From positions 62,001-119,628 of the forward strand of contig CAUYUJ010000009.1 of the NCBI GenBank assembly GCA_963575745.1: a stretch of 57,628 bases of DNA. The letters are read 5' to 3'. The stretch's first letter is position 1, and the number at the start of each line of letters is the position of its first letter. The position numbers and the translations under genes are program-made. The notes beneath the pieces are model-generated. The model worked only from the letters and a program-made list of their open reading frames with translations, ran no database searches and had not been told where the DNA came from. Positions 39,617-52,900 of the stretch are shown here, in pieces. This DNA is from Prorocentrum cordatum (Eukaryota).

Positions 39617-40619
39617 AGCATCAGCAGCATCATCATCAGCATCATCAGCAGCATCAGCATCAGCATCAACATCAGCATCAGCATCATCATCAGCATCAAC
39701 ATCGGCATCAGCATCAGCATCAGCATCAGCATCATCAGCATCAGAATCAGCATCAGTATCATCAGCATCATCAGCATCAGAATCAGCATCAGCATCAGCA
39801 TCATCATCATCCACATCCACATCCACATCCCCCGCCCCCTCCCCTTCCCCTCCCACTCCCCCTCCTCCTCTCCGCCCCCGCAGCCCCCAAGGGGGCCTCG
39901 CACGAAAATTAAACGGCTGGTTTCCCCAAGGCTTGGCCTCTGGGTGCGGTTCCTTCGGAGCAGCGATAGGGGCAACACAGGGGCTGCTTCGGGGCAACGA
40001 TAGTTGCAACGATAGGGGCAAAGATGGTTGCTAGAAGTTGAGGGGCAACGATAGGGGGGATAGGCAAAGCGGGGTAGCATCCACCTCGGATGGGCGATAC
40101 ATCGCCGATAGATCGGCGGCAGGCCCCCGGTAGATGCCTGCCCCCCCCTATCGCTGCCCCTGAGAAGTGCCTCTGGCCCAAGGTGCCCCCAGGATCCCCG
40201 AGGAGGCCCGCGAGGCCTCCAGGGCACCCCATCGCGAGGTGGAGCGCCAAGCTGGTTGCGCCTCGGGCCAGGGGCACCGTGAGCGACCCCCGACTTCTGG
40301 GCCTCGGGGCCGCCAGTGCACGGCTCGGCATGGAGACCCGGCCCCGGGAGAGGGGATGGGGCCAACGCGTTCGAGAAGGCGGAGCACCCGATGTCTGCGG
40401 GGTCGTTTTCTGACAGTCCTGGGGCAAAAAAGGCGGGGTCGGGGCCCTCTTCCCTTGGGGCACCCTCCTCTCAGTGGTGCAGTATCCCTCCTCGTTCTCC
40501 TCACTCCTCCAAAATTTCCTCCTCCTCCTCTTCCTCCTCCTCCTCCTCTGCCTCCTCCTCCTCCATCCAATTTCCCTTTGAATAGCTCCTCCCTCTTGAG
40601 AACTGACAACAGTTTCACA

Positions 40620-41360
40620 AATGGGAGGTGGGTCGTTTCCAAACGTCACAATCGTTAAAAGCATGGCAAGAGCTTCACGGATTGAGGGCGGGTCGTGTTC
40701 AAAACGTGGCGTTCGCCCTAGCGCCGCGCACATTCGTGTTAAAAGTTCGCAGCAGCTTCACGCATGGAGGGCTGCTCGTTTTCAAAATGTAACTCTCGCC
40801 GTAGCGCTGCGCACATTCGTTGTTTAAAAAATCGCAAAAAAGGTTTTACGGATTGAGGGCGGTTCCTTTTTAAGAATGTGGCCCTCGCATGAGCGACGCG
40901 CTCATTCGACTTCAAAGGTCGCAACAACTCCACGCATGGAGGGCGGTTGGCTTTGAAAATGTGGCTCTCGTCTTCGCGCAGCGCACATTCGCTTTTAAAA
41001 ATTGCAGGAACTTCACAGCTAGAGGGCGGTTCCTGTTCAAAATGTCGTTCTCGCCTTAGCGCCGCGCACATTCGTTATGAAAATGTACAGCGGCTAACGT
41101 ACTGGAAATGGTGTTTGGAAAAGATTCGGGTGTGCCGATACGTTGATTCGCGGTGCTGGGATCCCAGGAATTGTGTTTGGCACGATTCAGGATCGTCAAG
41201 ACGCAACAGTCAGGTGGACTCGTGGCGTTGAAGTCCTGAGAATGGTGTTTTGGCACGCTTCAAGATTTTCGCACGGCTCCCAACGGGGCACTTCCCTCAG
41301 TGGAGATGAATCTTTGTAGGGGCCTATGAAGAGGGAGTTTGGAGGGAGGGTGTATTCCAA
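40620..41360. repeat. Composite repeat (~80-bp tandem units plus a unique tail); a second, interrupted copy at ~53110-53495 plus ~55060-55330
   Basis: ttcacggattgagggcgggtcgttttcaaaatgtggctctcgccttagcgccgcgcacattcg units, then ...ggggcacttccc.cagtg...ggggcctatg.agaggga..ttggagggagg in both places. Confidence 0.8.
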
Positions 41361-41549
41361 CATAGTCCACTAGTCCTCCTCCTCCTCCTCCTCCTCCTCC
41401 TCCTCCTCCGTCTCCTCCTCCTCAGGGGCCTTGTCTTTCCACTCCGACAGCTGCTTGTTCCACGCGGCCCACTTCTCCTATCCAAGATGTGGGTAAAAGA
41501 GAACGACAACGACGACGACAACGACGACGCCGACGAAGACTAGGAGAGA

Positions 41550-41582
<33 letters not shown>

Positions 41583-42399
41583 CACGATCAGGAGTTGAAG
41601 GTCGCTGGGGGGGCAGCGTTGTTTCCAGGGCCAGATCCCCGTACGCTCGGCAGGCGCGCTTGATCGGTCAACAGCAATCCTTACCGCCGCCCTTCGCGAG
41701 AAGCTCTGATTTCAGGTTTGCGCTTGCCCACGATTAGGCTACTCATGCTTGCTCTTGCCCCACAAAAGCATTGCCCTCTCCCCCGTCGCCCCGGAAACAC
41801 GGACCGCGTTCGCTGCCCCTCAGCGAGCTTCAAATCAGGAGGGCGACTAGGAAGGAGGGTAGGAAGGGGGGGGCGGAGTAAGCGGGGCCGGAGAACGAAG
41901 ACGACAAGAGGGAGGGGACGGACGAAATACGGCGCCAGGAGGGAGGAGGAGAGGAGGGAGCGCGGAGCGAGATGCGAGGCGCCCGGCGAGGAGCGAGGAG
42001 GAGGAGCAAGGAGCGAGGCGAAAGGGCGAGGAGCGAGGAGCGAAGCGGGAGGAGACAGAGGACGAGGAGAACGACGACGAGGGGCGGCGGATGCGGGGCG
42101 AGGACGGACAACGGGACTGGTGCAGCGTCGGAGGCCAGCACTGGCACCTCCCCCCAAGACTGCAGAAGCTCCACAGATCACCGAACACCTCCAGAGATTA
42201 CCAAGAACCTCCCGAGATCCCCAAACAAACGGAGACCCCAAACACCCCCGCTCCGACCGCAATCCCAGTGCACACCGTCCACGCCTTCTCCCCGCCCACC
42301 GGGACGACGCCAACTGCACACAACACACACACACACACACTGTTTGCGTCGGCGGCTAGGCCCAGGGGACGTCTGCGCTGGCGATGGGAGCACAAAAAC

Positions 42400-42702
42400 A
42401 TATATATATATATATATGTATATATATGTATATACATACATACATACATACATACATACATACACACACACACATACATACATACATACATACATACATA
42501 CATACATACATACATACATACATACATACATACATACATACATACATACATACATACATACATTTCATTTCATTGCATTGCATTGCATTGCATTGCATTT
42601 CATTTCATTTCCTTTCCTTTCATTACATTACATTACATTACATTACATTACATTACATTACATTACATTACATTACATTACATTACATTACTTTACATTA
42701 CA

Positions 42703-42733
<31 letters not shown>

Positions 42734-42906
42734 CATACATACATACATACATACATACATGCATACATACATACATACATGCATACATACATACATACAT
42801 ACATACATACATGCATACATACATACATGCATACATACATATACACACACACGCACACGCACACGCACACGCACACGCACACGCACACGCACACGCACAC
42901 GCACAC
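42400..42906. repeat. Compound (TA)n-(TACA)n-(CATTG/CATTA)n-(TACA)n-(GCACAC)n microsatellite
   Basis: Directly visible. Confidence 0.98.
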
Positions 42907-42907
42907 G

Positions 42908-43620
42908 TTGCCGCGGGCTAGGCCTGGCCGCCAGCCGAGCGTCGGCCCCGCGGGCGCGCGCGCGCGCACTGGCCGAGCAGCACGTGCCTCCGCCGGGCAC
43001 CCACGGGGCAGCGGCGAGGCCCAGGGAGCAGCGGCCGCGGGCGCCGGGGGCGGCGGCGGGGCCGCGGGAGTAGCGGGGCCGGCGGGCGGGGGCGGCAGGG
43101 CAGCAGCGCGCGGCGGGCGGAGGCGCGCCGGCGAGGCACATCGCAGGGGCATCGCAGGGGCGGGGCAGCGGGGCCCCGCGGGGCCGCGGCGAGGCCAGCG
43201 CCCCCGCGCCAGGGCGGCGCCGGGGGCGAGGCCGCGGCGAGCGCGGGGCGCGCAGGGGCGAGCGGCCGAGCCGCCCCGCGGAGGGGGCCGCGGGCGGCCC
43301 AGGCGGCGAGGGCGCCGCAGGAGGCCCGCGAGCAGCGGGCGCGCCTCGGCGGGCCGAGCGCTGCCCCCCGCGCAGGCAGGCGCAGCAGAGGGAGCGCGGC
43401 GCGCGGCGCGGAGGAGGACGGGCGCCGCGGCCGCGGAAGCGACCGCCGGCGTCAAAGAGCGGGAGGGGCGCGCGCCGGGGCCGGGCGGCAGGCCGAGGAG
43501 CGGCGGGCGGCCAGCACGGCGAGGACGCCGCCGGGGATCACCCGGCCGCAGGAGAGCGGGCCATGGCCCGCGGCCTGCGATCCTCGCGGTGAGGCCGTCT
43601 CCGGCGATGCGGCGGCCAGG
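42908..43620 (+). pseudogene. Possible decayed coiled-coil coding segment with AT-to-GC erosion
   Basis: The frame LAEQHVPPPGTHGAAARPREQRPRAPGAAAGPRE*... is rich in CCG/GGG/GGC codons that are one transition from CTG/GAG/GAC. Confidence 0.4.
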
Positions 43621-43835
43621 TGAGGCGAGAGGGAAGCTGTGTTCCTGCCGCGGGCGCACACACACACACACACACACACGCGCCAGTCCTGGCCGGGGCA
43701 ATTTCTGGCACAGGAGGCCTGAGCAGGATCGGTGTACAGTCTGTCCCCGCCCGAAGGAACCTCACAGGTTTAGCACTGATCGAAGCCCCGTTCTGGCACC
43801 CAGCTGCGCCTGGATCCGCGCTGAACCCCCTTCCC

Positions 43836-44081
43836 TGACTACCTACCAGACCACCCCAACCTAACCCGAAGCGAAGACCCAAGTTTCGGGTTGGGGGGGT
43901 ACGGGTTCCACATGTGTCTTTCCCCACATCCTAAGTGGGGTTCTTGTTTTCTCTGCACACCCTCCGCGCAGGATCTCCTCCTCCTCCCTCTCCTCTGCTC
44001 CTCTTTGTTTCCTCCTCCGTTCCTCCTCCGCATCATCATCACCATCACCATCACTCCCCACTCATCTTCATCATCTTCATC

Positions 44082-44151
<70 letters not shown>

Positions 44152-44358
44152 CCATCAGCATCACCATCACCATCGCACGATCACTCACCATCATCGGCAT
44201 CGAACGATCATCATTATCATCCTTCTATCTACCTAACGGTTGTCTTCATCATCTTCAGCATCATCATTCATCAATCATCATCATCATTCATCATCTCTTC
44301 ATCATCTCATCATCAACATCTATCATCATCTTCATCATCATTCATATCATCATCATCG

Positions 44359-44422
<64 letters not shown>

Positions 44423-45716
44423 CTACTCGCTGACTTGAGGCCTGAATATGGAAGAAGTATCAGGCGGGAGCCTCGTCTGTGAGTGAATTGTGAGGAAGTC
44501 TGAGGCGGGAACCCCTCCCTATGGGGCCCGCACTTCACGTTGGTAATCCGAGCGGGTCATCCTGAAACCTGTAACAGTCGTCACTTTTGCGCTCCTGAGG
44601 TTTGATTACTGAGGAAGTATCAGGCGGGAGCCTCGTATGTGAGTGAATTGCGAGGAAGTCTCAGGCGGGAGCCCCCTCCCTATGGGGCCCGCACATCATG
44701 TTGGTAATCCGAGCGGGTCATCCGCAACGTGTAACTGTCGTCATTTTGGGCTCTTGATGCCTGAATATTGGAGGAAGTCTCGAGAGGGAGCCCGTCTGTG
44801 TGTGAATTGCGAGGAAGTTCAGGCGGGAGGCCCCTCCCCATGGGGCCCGCCCTTCATGTTGGTTAATAAAATCCCATGAGCGGGTCATCCGCAAGGCAAC
44901 TGTCCGTTCACTTTTGGGCTCTTGGGGCCTTTTGAAAATGGAGGAAGTCTCGAGCGGGAGCCTCGTCTGTGAGTGAATTGCGAGGAAGTCTCAGGCGGGA
45001 GCCCCCTCCCTATGGGGCCCGCGCTTCATGTTGGTAATCCGAGCGGGTCATCCGAAACGTGCAACTGTCGTCACTTTTGGGCTCCTGAGGCCTGAATATG
45101 GAGGAAGTCTCGAGCGGGAGCCTCGTCTGTGAGTGAATTGCGAGGAAGTCTCAGGCGGGAGCCCCCTCCCTATGGGGCCCGCACTTCATGTTCGAATCCG
45201 AGCGGGTCATCCGAAACGTGTAACCGTCGTCACTTTTGGGCTCTTGAGGCCTGAATATGGAGGAAGTCTAAAGCGGGAGCCTCGTTTGTGAGCGAATTGC
45301 GAGGAAGTCTCAGGCGGGAGCCCCCTCCCTATGGGGCCCGCACTTCATGTTCGAATCCGAGCGGGTCATCCGCAACGTGCAACTGTCGTCACTTTTGGGC
45401 TCTTGAGACCTGAATATGGAGGAAGTCTCGAGCGGGAGCCTCGTCTGTGAGTGAATTGCGAGGGAGTCTCAGGCGGGAGCCCCCTCCCTATGGGGCCCTC
45501 TTCCCGAGGCGCTGGCCGAGGCAGCGACGGCGCTGAGGAAAATGGATTTGATTGCCCCGACGAGGGGGAAGGGGAGGTGCACATGGAGAAAAGGCAGGGG
45601 GATGAGGAGGGAAGGGGCATGGGGGAGGCCGACGACGAGGAGGAGGTGGCGCGAGAGGAGGAGGTCAGCATCACCATCACCATCGCACGATCACTCACCG
45701 TCATCGGCACCGAACG

Positions 45717-45805
<89 letters not shown>

Positions 45806-45816
45806 TCATCATCTCA

Positions 45817-45848
<32 letters not shown>

Positions 45849-47162
45849 TCACTACTTTTCGCTTGACTGAGGCCTGACTATGGAGGAAGTATCAGGCGGG
45901 GCCTCGTCTGTGAGTGAATTGTGAGGAAGTCTCAGGCGGGAGCCCCTCCCTATGGGGCCCGCAGATCATGTTACTAATCCGAGCGGGTCATCGGATTCCT
46001 GTAACTGTCGTCACGTTTGGGATCCTCAGGTTTGAATTTGGAGGAAGTATCAAGCGGAAGCCTCGTCTGTGAGTGAATTGTGAGGAAATCTCAGGCGGGA
46101 GCCCCCTCCCTATGGGGCCCGCAGATCATGTTACTAGTCCGAGCGGGTCATCGGATTCCTGTAACTGTCGTCACTTTTGGGATCCCCAGGTCTGAATTTG
46201 GAGGAAGTATCAAGCGGGAGCCTCGTCTGTCAGTGAATTGCGAACAAGTCTCAGGCGGGAGCCCCCTCCCTATGGGGCCCGACTTCATTTGGTAATCCGA
46301 GCGGGGTCATTCCAGAACGTGTAACTGTCTTCACTTTTGGGCTCTTGAGGCCGCTTGAATATGGAGAAATCTCGAGCGGGGAGCTCGTCTGTGAGTGAAT
46401 TGCGAGGAAGTTTCAGGCGGGGAGCCCACCCTCCCTATGGGGCCCGCACAATTATGTTGGTAATCGAGCGGGTCGATATCAGCCCCCTTCCCCCCTCCCC
46501 CTTCCCCTCTCCCATCACCCCCCGGTGTTCCCCCCCCCCCCCTTCCGCTCTCCCTTTCCTCCCCGCAGTGAACTCTTTGCCCGGTGTGGTCACTTTTGGG
46601 CTTTTGAGGCCTGAATAATGGAGGGAAGTCTCGAGCGGGGGAGCCTCGTTGTGTGTGAATTGCAGGAAGTTCTAGGCGGGGAGCGCGGCCGAACGAGATA
46701 TCACTTTCATGCTCGAATCCAGTAGCAACGACACTCATCGTGTAACTGTCGTCACTTTTGGGCTCGAGGCCTGAATATGGAGGAAGTCTCGAGCGGGAGC
46801 CTCGTCTGTGAGTGAATTGCGAGGAAGTCTCAGGCGGGAGCCCCCTCCCTATGGGGCCCGCACTTCATGCTCGAATCCGAGCGGGTCATCCGCAACGTGC
46901 AACTGTCGTCACTTTTGGGCTCTTGAGACCTGAATATGGAGGAGGAGGAAGAGAAATAGAAGGGGGAAGAGAGGGCAGTGCAGGGGGCGAGAGGAGAGGG
47001 CGTCCGCCAGGGGGAGGAGGAAAGAGCAAAGGGTAAGCTAAACAGATTCTCGTGTGGGGTCCTACCGTCGGAGTAATTTCGATGTTCCCCGACCCCCCCA
47101 TATGGAAATCGAGGGTAAAGTTGGGCCTTCGGGTTGGGTTGGGGTGGTTTGGTGGGTGGTGA
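43836..47162. mobile_element. Second copy of the 167-bp MITE, split by a ~3.15-kb insertion
   Basis: Left half 43836-43920 and right half ~47078-47162 match 29798-29964. The flanks ttccc / ctccc form a 5-bp TSD with one mismatch. Confidence 0.8.
44435..46945. repeat. ~159-bp satellite in two blocks separated by a (CAT)n linker
   Basis: cctgaatatggaggaagtctcgagcgggagcctcgtctgtgagtgaattgcgaggaagtctcaggcgggagccccctccctatggggcccgc...cacttttgggctc; anchors at 45091, 45250 and 45409. Confidence 0.95.
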
Positions 47163-47989
47163 CTCCCTGGGGCGAGGAGTACGCCATGGGCGGCGCCAGA
47201 GGGCTCCAGCGCCGATCCAGGAAATCCGCGAGGACCTCAAAAATCTCCGAAAAGTGCTTACATGAAAACATTATAAATGGTTACTTCTCTCAGAAGTAAC
47301 TGGGCCTGTCGCCAGTCCAGCCGGCTTGTGGCCGCCCGCCGCGTGTGCAAGGCTCGCAACTGGGGCTGTGCGCCTGTCTGGCTGGTTTGTGGCCGCCCGT
47401 CGACGTCGTCCGTCGCCGCACCATGTCGTAACGATGCTTATTGTGCGAAGATCGCATGTTTGGATTGTGATGCATTTTCCATTGCTTCAAATATCTTTGC
47501 ACCGCATGAGGTGATTTGGCTTGCGTCGCACTGTTTTTTGCATCAGATTGCATTGATTCGCGTTGCTTCGTGTTGCATTACATTGCTGCGCATTGCTCCG
47601 ATTGCATCGTGTGTGTCTGCATTGGTTCGCATTGATTTACATTGTGTTGTAATGATTTACAGCGCGTTGCATTGCTTTGGTTTGTGTTGCAGTGGTTTAC
47701 ATTACTCTGCACTGACTTGCAAATGCTTGCATCGTTTTGCATTATTGTCCTTTTGTTTCGCACTGATTCTCTTTGAAAATTAGGACCTATCCCTTCCCCC
47801 TGGGGTTAACGGGACACTCTTTTCGTACTGCCACTTACATACGAATCCGCCCCATCGCCCATCCGAACTATGAACTCTTACCATCCCAACAAAGCCCAAA
47901 GCCGGTATCGACCCCATCCCGTTATCCCTGTCAAATAAAACTATGCGGGCACTCTCGTTTATCAGAAACCAGTTTTCAAAGATATGCCT

Positions 47990-49940
47990 TGCAGAAACCG
48001 GGAAATTCACACGCGCGCGTCGTCGCGCGGGCATGCCGAAATCTCTCAAAAACCGCAGGTTCCGTAAGGATGTCACAATCGAATGTCCAAAACACACACT
48101 CACACACACATGAAGAAACACATGGTTTCGCAACAAAATGTTCAAACAAACTTCCGCGAGTTCTTGCGAGCTCTTAACAAAACCGTCAGCTTCTCCGCAT
48201 TGGTATAACATGCAACCACACAGGTCTCGCGCGCGCAAGCCGAAACCGTTCGAACGCCCTTGCGCGCGAGGTGTCGCAAGAATCCGCGTTGCAAAAAAAA
48301 TCGCCGAAGTACACAAACGCGCGTCTTCGTGCGCGAATGCCACAATCATTCGAAAACTTCTTGAATTTCGTAGCGATTGCAAGACCGAGTGTCCCGAAAC
48401 CATCCAACAAAAAAACAAATAGCTTCGCAACAACCAGATTCAAAAAAAAATGCGCTTCCGCTTTTGCGAACCCCCTTGGGAAAACCCATTTTCCAATGGT
48501 CATGGAATTCTGCCAAAACTGGCCCTCGCGCCGCATGCCGAAATCATTCGACCGGCCTTGCGCGCGTGCTGGAGGGCACGATCCCCGTCAATAATACCAC
48601 GAGGGCCACTCACGCGCGTCGGCCGCGCGCGCAAGTCCAACTCCGTCTATAACCTTCATCGCCGACGCGAAGGCGCCGTCATCGTCCACGGCGGGCGTGA
48701 TCAACATCGACGCCGACATCGGCCTTGCCGTCGTCAGCGCCACCATATTCACCAGAATCGTGACTTGCATAATCGTGTCTACCATTGTCGGCGTCGCCAA
48801 GATACCGCGCCCGCCAAATCGCCGACTCGCAGTGAAATGCCCGCTGGGACGTGCCAATCGGTCGGCGCCACCGCGGCCGAATCGGTCGCGCCAAACTAGC
48901 TGGCCACTGTGCGCGCGAGCATGCGCGGTCTAGCGCGGCCGCAGAGATGAACCAGCCAACGCCAAAAACTCATCGCAATCGCCGCCGCATGGGTTTTGCA
49001 AACCAATGTGCGGGTGGGTGAGTGGGATGCTTGCAAGAGTGTGGGATGTGTCAACTCGCTTGTAAAAACCACTGTGACCCACATAAATTGCACCACCTGG
49101 ATTGCACAGTCTAGGTTGCACCACATTGATTTTCTCCTTTCAAAAAATATTAGAATCTCCCCGCCCCTCCCCCCCGGACTTAACGGTTCCCTTCTTCTTG
49201 ATGCAATGTACACGCGATTCTGCCCCATCGTCCAACCTAAATAAGAACAAATTCCATCCCAGGCAGGCCGGTATCGCCCCCCTCCATCATCCTCTGCGAA
49301 GAAACTATGCGCGCGCACTCGTGTACTCCAAGTTTCTTCATAAGCGCCGGGGAGGCGTCACCCCCGCAGACAGCCCCACATCGACCCCCGTCGCGGGCCG
49401 CCACCGCGAGCCGAAGGCGCTCCGACCCCAGTCGCGGCGCGACGACGAGGCGAGGTCAACCCCCGTCGGGGGGGGAACCCCCCACGGTTATCACGAAACC
49501 CAGAATATCAAAAACCATCAGTTGTCAAAAACCGTTTGCAAAAAACGGGACGAAATGCACACGCGCGCGACGTCGCGCGCGTATGCGGAAATTCTTTAAA
49601 AACGCTCGGTGTCGCAAGGATTTCAGAATCGACTGTCCCGAATACATACAAAACACATGTCTTCGCAACAAAGTTGTTCAGACGAAGCTTTCGCTGGGGC
49701 CCCTGCGAATTCTCAAGAAAGCCATCGGTGTTTCAACATGTTCATACAGTTATACCAATCGTGACACTGGCACGCGCGCGTGTCGAAATCGTTCGAACGT
49801 CTTTTACCCGCGTATTGTCGCAAGAACCCTTTGCAAGAACTATACGAAGTGCGCACGCGCGCGTCGTCGCGCGCGCATATGAAATGCCTCCAGGAACCTT
49901 TTTGGTGTTTTACGGATGTCAAAATCGAGTGTCAAGCACG
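47990..49940. repeat. Old diverged ~300-bp repeats (47990-48570 and 49535-49940)
   Basis: Recurrent acgcgcg(cg)tcgtcgcgcg, ttcgcaacaa, cgttcgaacg and tgtcgcaagaa in the same order. Confidence 0.65.
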
Positions 49941-52900
49941 TGACAAACGCGTGTCAGGTCCACGCTGCTGGTTAACATCTTATGTTTATACAGTTTCTTG
50001 TTCCCCGACGGAGGGGCCCAAAGGAACGCCGAGCCCCGTCCGAAACCAAAGCGGCCCTTGCATCGAGGCTCCAGGGCTGTGGGCTGCAGGTGTGTAGCTG
50101 GCGCCGCTCGATCCTGCTACGTCTGGCTGCGGATGCGCTGGGGGTCGGGGAGGAGCGCAAGGAACAACCAGCTTAGGGGGCAACTCCTGGCAGGTCGCCG
50201 AGACAGCGATCAAAGACTCGCAATCCAGCTTAAGAACGGGCTGTGAAGCCAAATGAGGCCAAGAAGAAGGCCGGATACAGATGAAATATGGTGGGCGAAA
50301 AACCGCCTCGCGGACAGGGCCCCTGGGCCGCGACCCCGCGGATACGGGGCGTTTTTTCGCGCATGCCCCGCGAGGGGCGCATCCGTGCGACCGCGTAACC
50401 GCGGGATCGCGCCCCGCAGTCCAGACCGCGAGGGCGTCGGTATTGAGGACACGAAAAGGTACCGATACTGCTACTCCTCTGACCTCTCCCTGGGTGCTTC
50501 GGACCAGGATCTCGAGGCGAATCCAGCGGAGGCGACGAGGGCCTCCAAGGAGGCCCGAGCAGGCTGAAACGAAGAAAGGGTAGCAGTACCTAGACATGCG
50601 ATGTCTTGAGTTACTCAATGTGCGGTCCCTGGAAAACCCGACCCTTTCCTCAAGGCCGGTCTTTCGTTCCGAGTCCTTTTCAGACGGTCATGGGTCCACG
50701 CAAGGGCCCCCGAAGGCCGAAAAGAGGTATCGGTACATCTGATGGGCCTGTTTTCCACCACCACTACAATAGGTAGGAGGAGGAGGAGGAGGAGGAGGAG
50801 GAGGAGGAGGAGGAGGAGGAGGAGGAGGAGGAGGAGGGGGCCAGGCGGAGGAGAGAGGAGAGAGGAGTAGGGAGGGGGAGGGGGATGGAGGGGAGGAGCA
50901 GGAGGAGGAAGGGAAAGAGGAGGAGGAGGAGGACATCCCCATCCTCCTCTCTCCCCCGTCCTGCCTATGGTGGTGCTCGTGGAAGAGTGGCCCATCAGCG
51001 TCTTCCTGCTCTGAGGAGGCGGGTGCGCGCGCCGCTCGCGAAGAGCGGGCGGGAGAGGCGACGGGCTCCCCGCCGGAGCAGGCTGGGCCTCGGCCGAGAG
51101 GACGCACCACGGCCGCCCGGGCACGCCGTCGTGGCGAGGGGCCCCCGAGCCGCGCTGCCCTCAGGGGGGGGCTCCTCCTCCTCCTCCTTCCTCCTCCTCC
51201 TCCTCCTCCCTCTCTCCTCCTCTCTCCTCCCTCCTCATCCTCCTCCTCCTCACTCCTCCTCCTCCTACTCCTTCCTCCTCCTACCTCTCCCTCCTCCTCC
51301 TCCCTCCTCCTCCTCCTCCTCCTCCCTCCTCCTCCTCCTCCTCCTCCTCCTCCTCCTCCAGAGGCCCGGTAGGAGGGCAAAAACTTGTCTTGCGCTTCGT
51401 GCCCCCCCAGAGATCCAACGCACTGAACAAAAAATCAGGACGAGATTTTTCGCCATTCTCGGCCTCCAGGGGCCCTCGCCGGGCCACAGGGCCGTCAAGA
51501 AACGGCTCCTGGGGAAGGGGTCGAGACTTCGAGGGCCCGCGTGCTGAAAGAATCTCGGCATCGGATCTCTGGGTCTATGCGAGGCCGATGGGGAGCAAAG
51601 TCAATCCGCATAGCAAGGATGGGCAATGTTCCACAGGGTACCCTTGCATCCTTGCCTCCTCGGTCCATCCTTGGCCACTTTCGTTGGCTGCGCCCCGCTC
51701 GCAGAGTGTCAGCATGGCCTCACGAGGCCCTTGCATCCTTACCGCGCATTCTCATGATACGGTCTGGCTGTACATGTGAGCGACGATCAAAAAGAGGTGT
51801 TACGCGAGATGGCACAGCGACCTCACGCCGCAGCTTACGCGGGCCGCCAGCCCAGCGCGCCAGACCGGAGACGAGGTCGCTCACGCTCGACCTTGCGCGG
51901 GCAGCTTACGCGCCAATGTCGGCGGAGACGATCCCGTTATTCTGCGTCGGTCATGTGGTCATCCTCGCCGAGCGTCGGGGGCGAGAGAGCAAAGACGGCA
52001 TCACTGCCACGCCAGTCGGAGGCACGGCCCCACCCCACTGCCGAAGAAGGGCTGCTGGGCCCTGGCGCAGAAGGCGGCGCGGACGAGTAATGTGACTGAC
52101 TAGCTTGTTTTGTCACCGGACAAAAAAAAAACAACAACAAAAAACGAAAACCGAAAACTGGCAGCGTGACGACTAACAGGCAGTTGCCTCTCGTCTGGGC
52201 CGTTGGCTGCGGCCTGGAGGCCTCGACGGCAAAAGCAACGGCGAAACGTGAACATCTTTCCAGTCGTCCACCTCCCCAGTCGGGCGCTGCCACCACCACC
52301 GCTGGGTCATTTCAGAATCGCTTGGTCGCACTGCTGGTGTACTTGTAACCCCATCCCGCTTGCCATCGCTCGGACGCCCATGTCCCGTGCATTTTTCGGC
52401 TTCGTGCGTGTGTCTTGTTGCTCGATGGTCCAGGATGGTCCTCGATGGTCCCCGCCGAGAGAAAAGATGCACACGTCCGAGCGATGCCCAGCCCGTTGGG
52501 GGGCGGGGCCTGGCCCTCTCCGCGGACGCACGCGCGGGGCGGCGCGTGGCAGGAGCAGACGGGCCTACGCCGTCCCCGCTCTCGTGCTGCTCGTCGTCGT
52601 CGTCGTGGCCGTCGGGCGGAAGGCGGCGCGTGCGTCCTTGAACCACTCGGAGGGCTCCAGGCCCTCCACCCTCTGCGTCCTGCGGCGCCGCGGGCTGGCA
52701 GGGGGAAGGGGAGGGGGAGGGGGAGGGGGAGGGACGGGGAGGGACGGGGAGGGAGAGAGGAGCAGCGAGGGACGGGGAGCGAGGAGCGAGGACGAGGAGC
52801 GAGCGAAGGGCAGCGAGGGAGAGGGAGAGAGGACCACCGCAGCTCCGACTCCTCCTCCGCCAGCTCCTGTGCCACCACATCCCCCTCCTTACTCTCCTCC

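Noticed and set aside
41972..43864. 630-aa ORF
   Set aside because: It runs through (TACA)n/(CATTA)n microsatellites and stop-poor GC-rich DNA.
49986..52095. ORFs 49986-50618 (-) and 51541-52095 (+)
   Set aside because: No recognisable motifs. They may hide small exons, but none can be supported.
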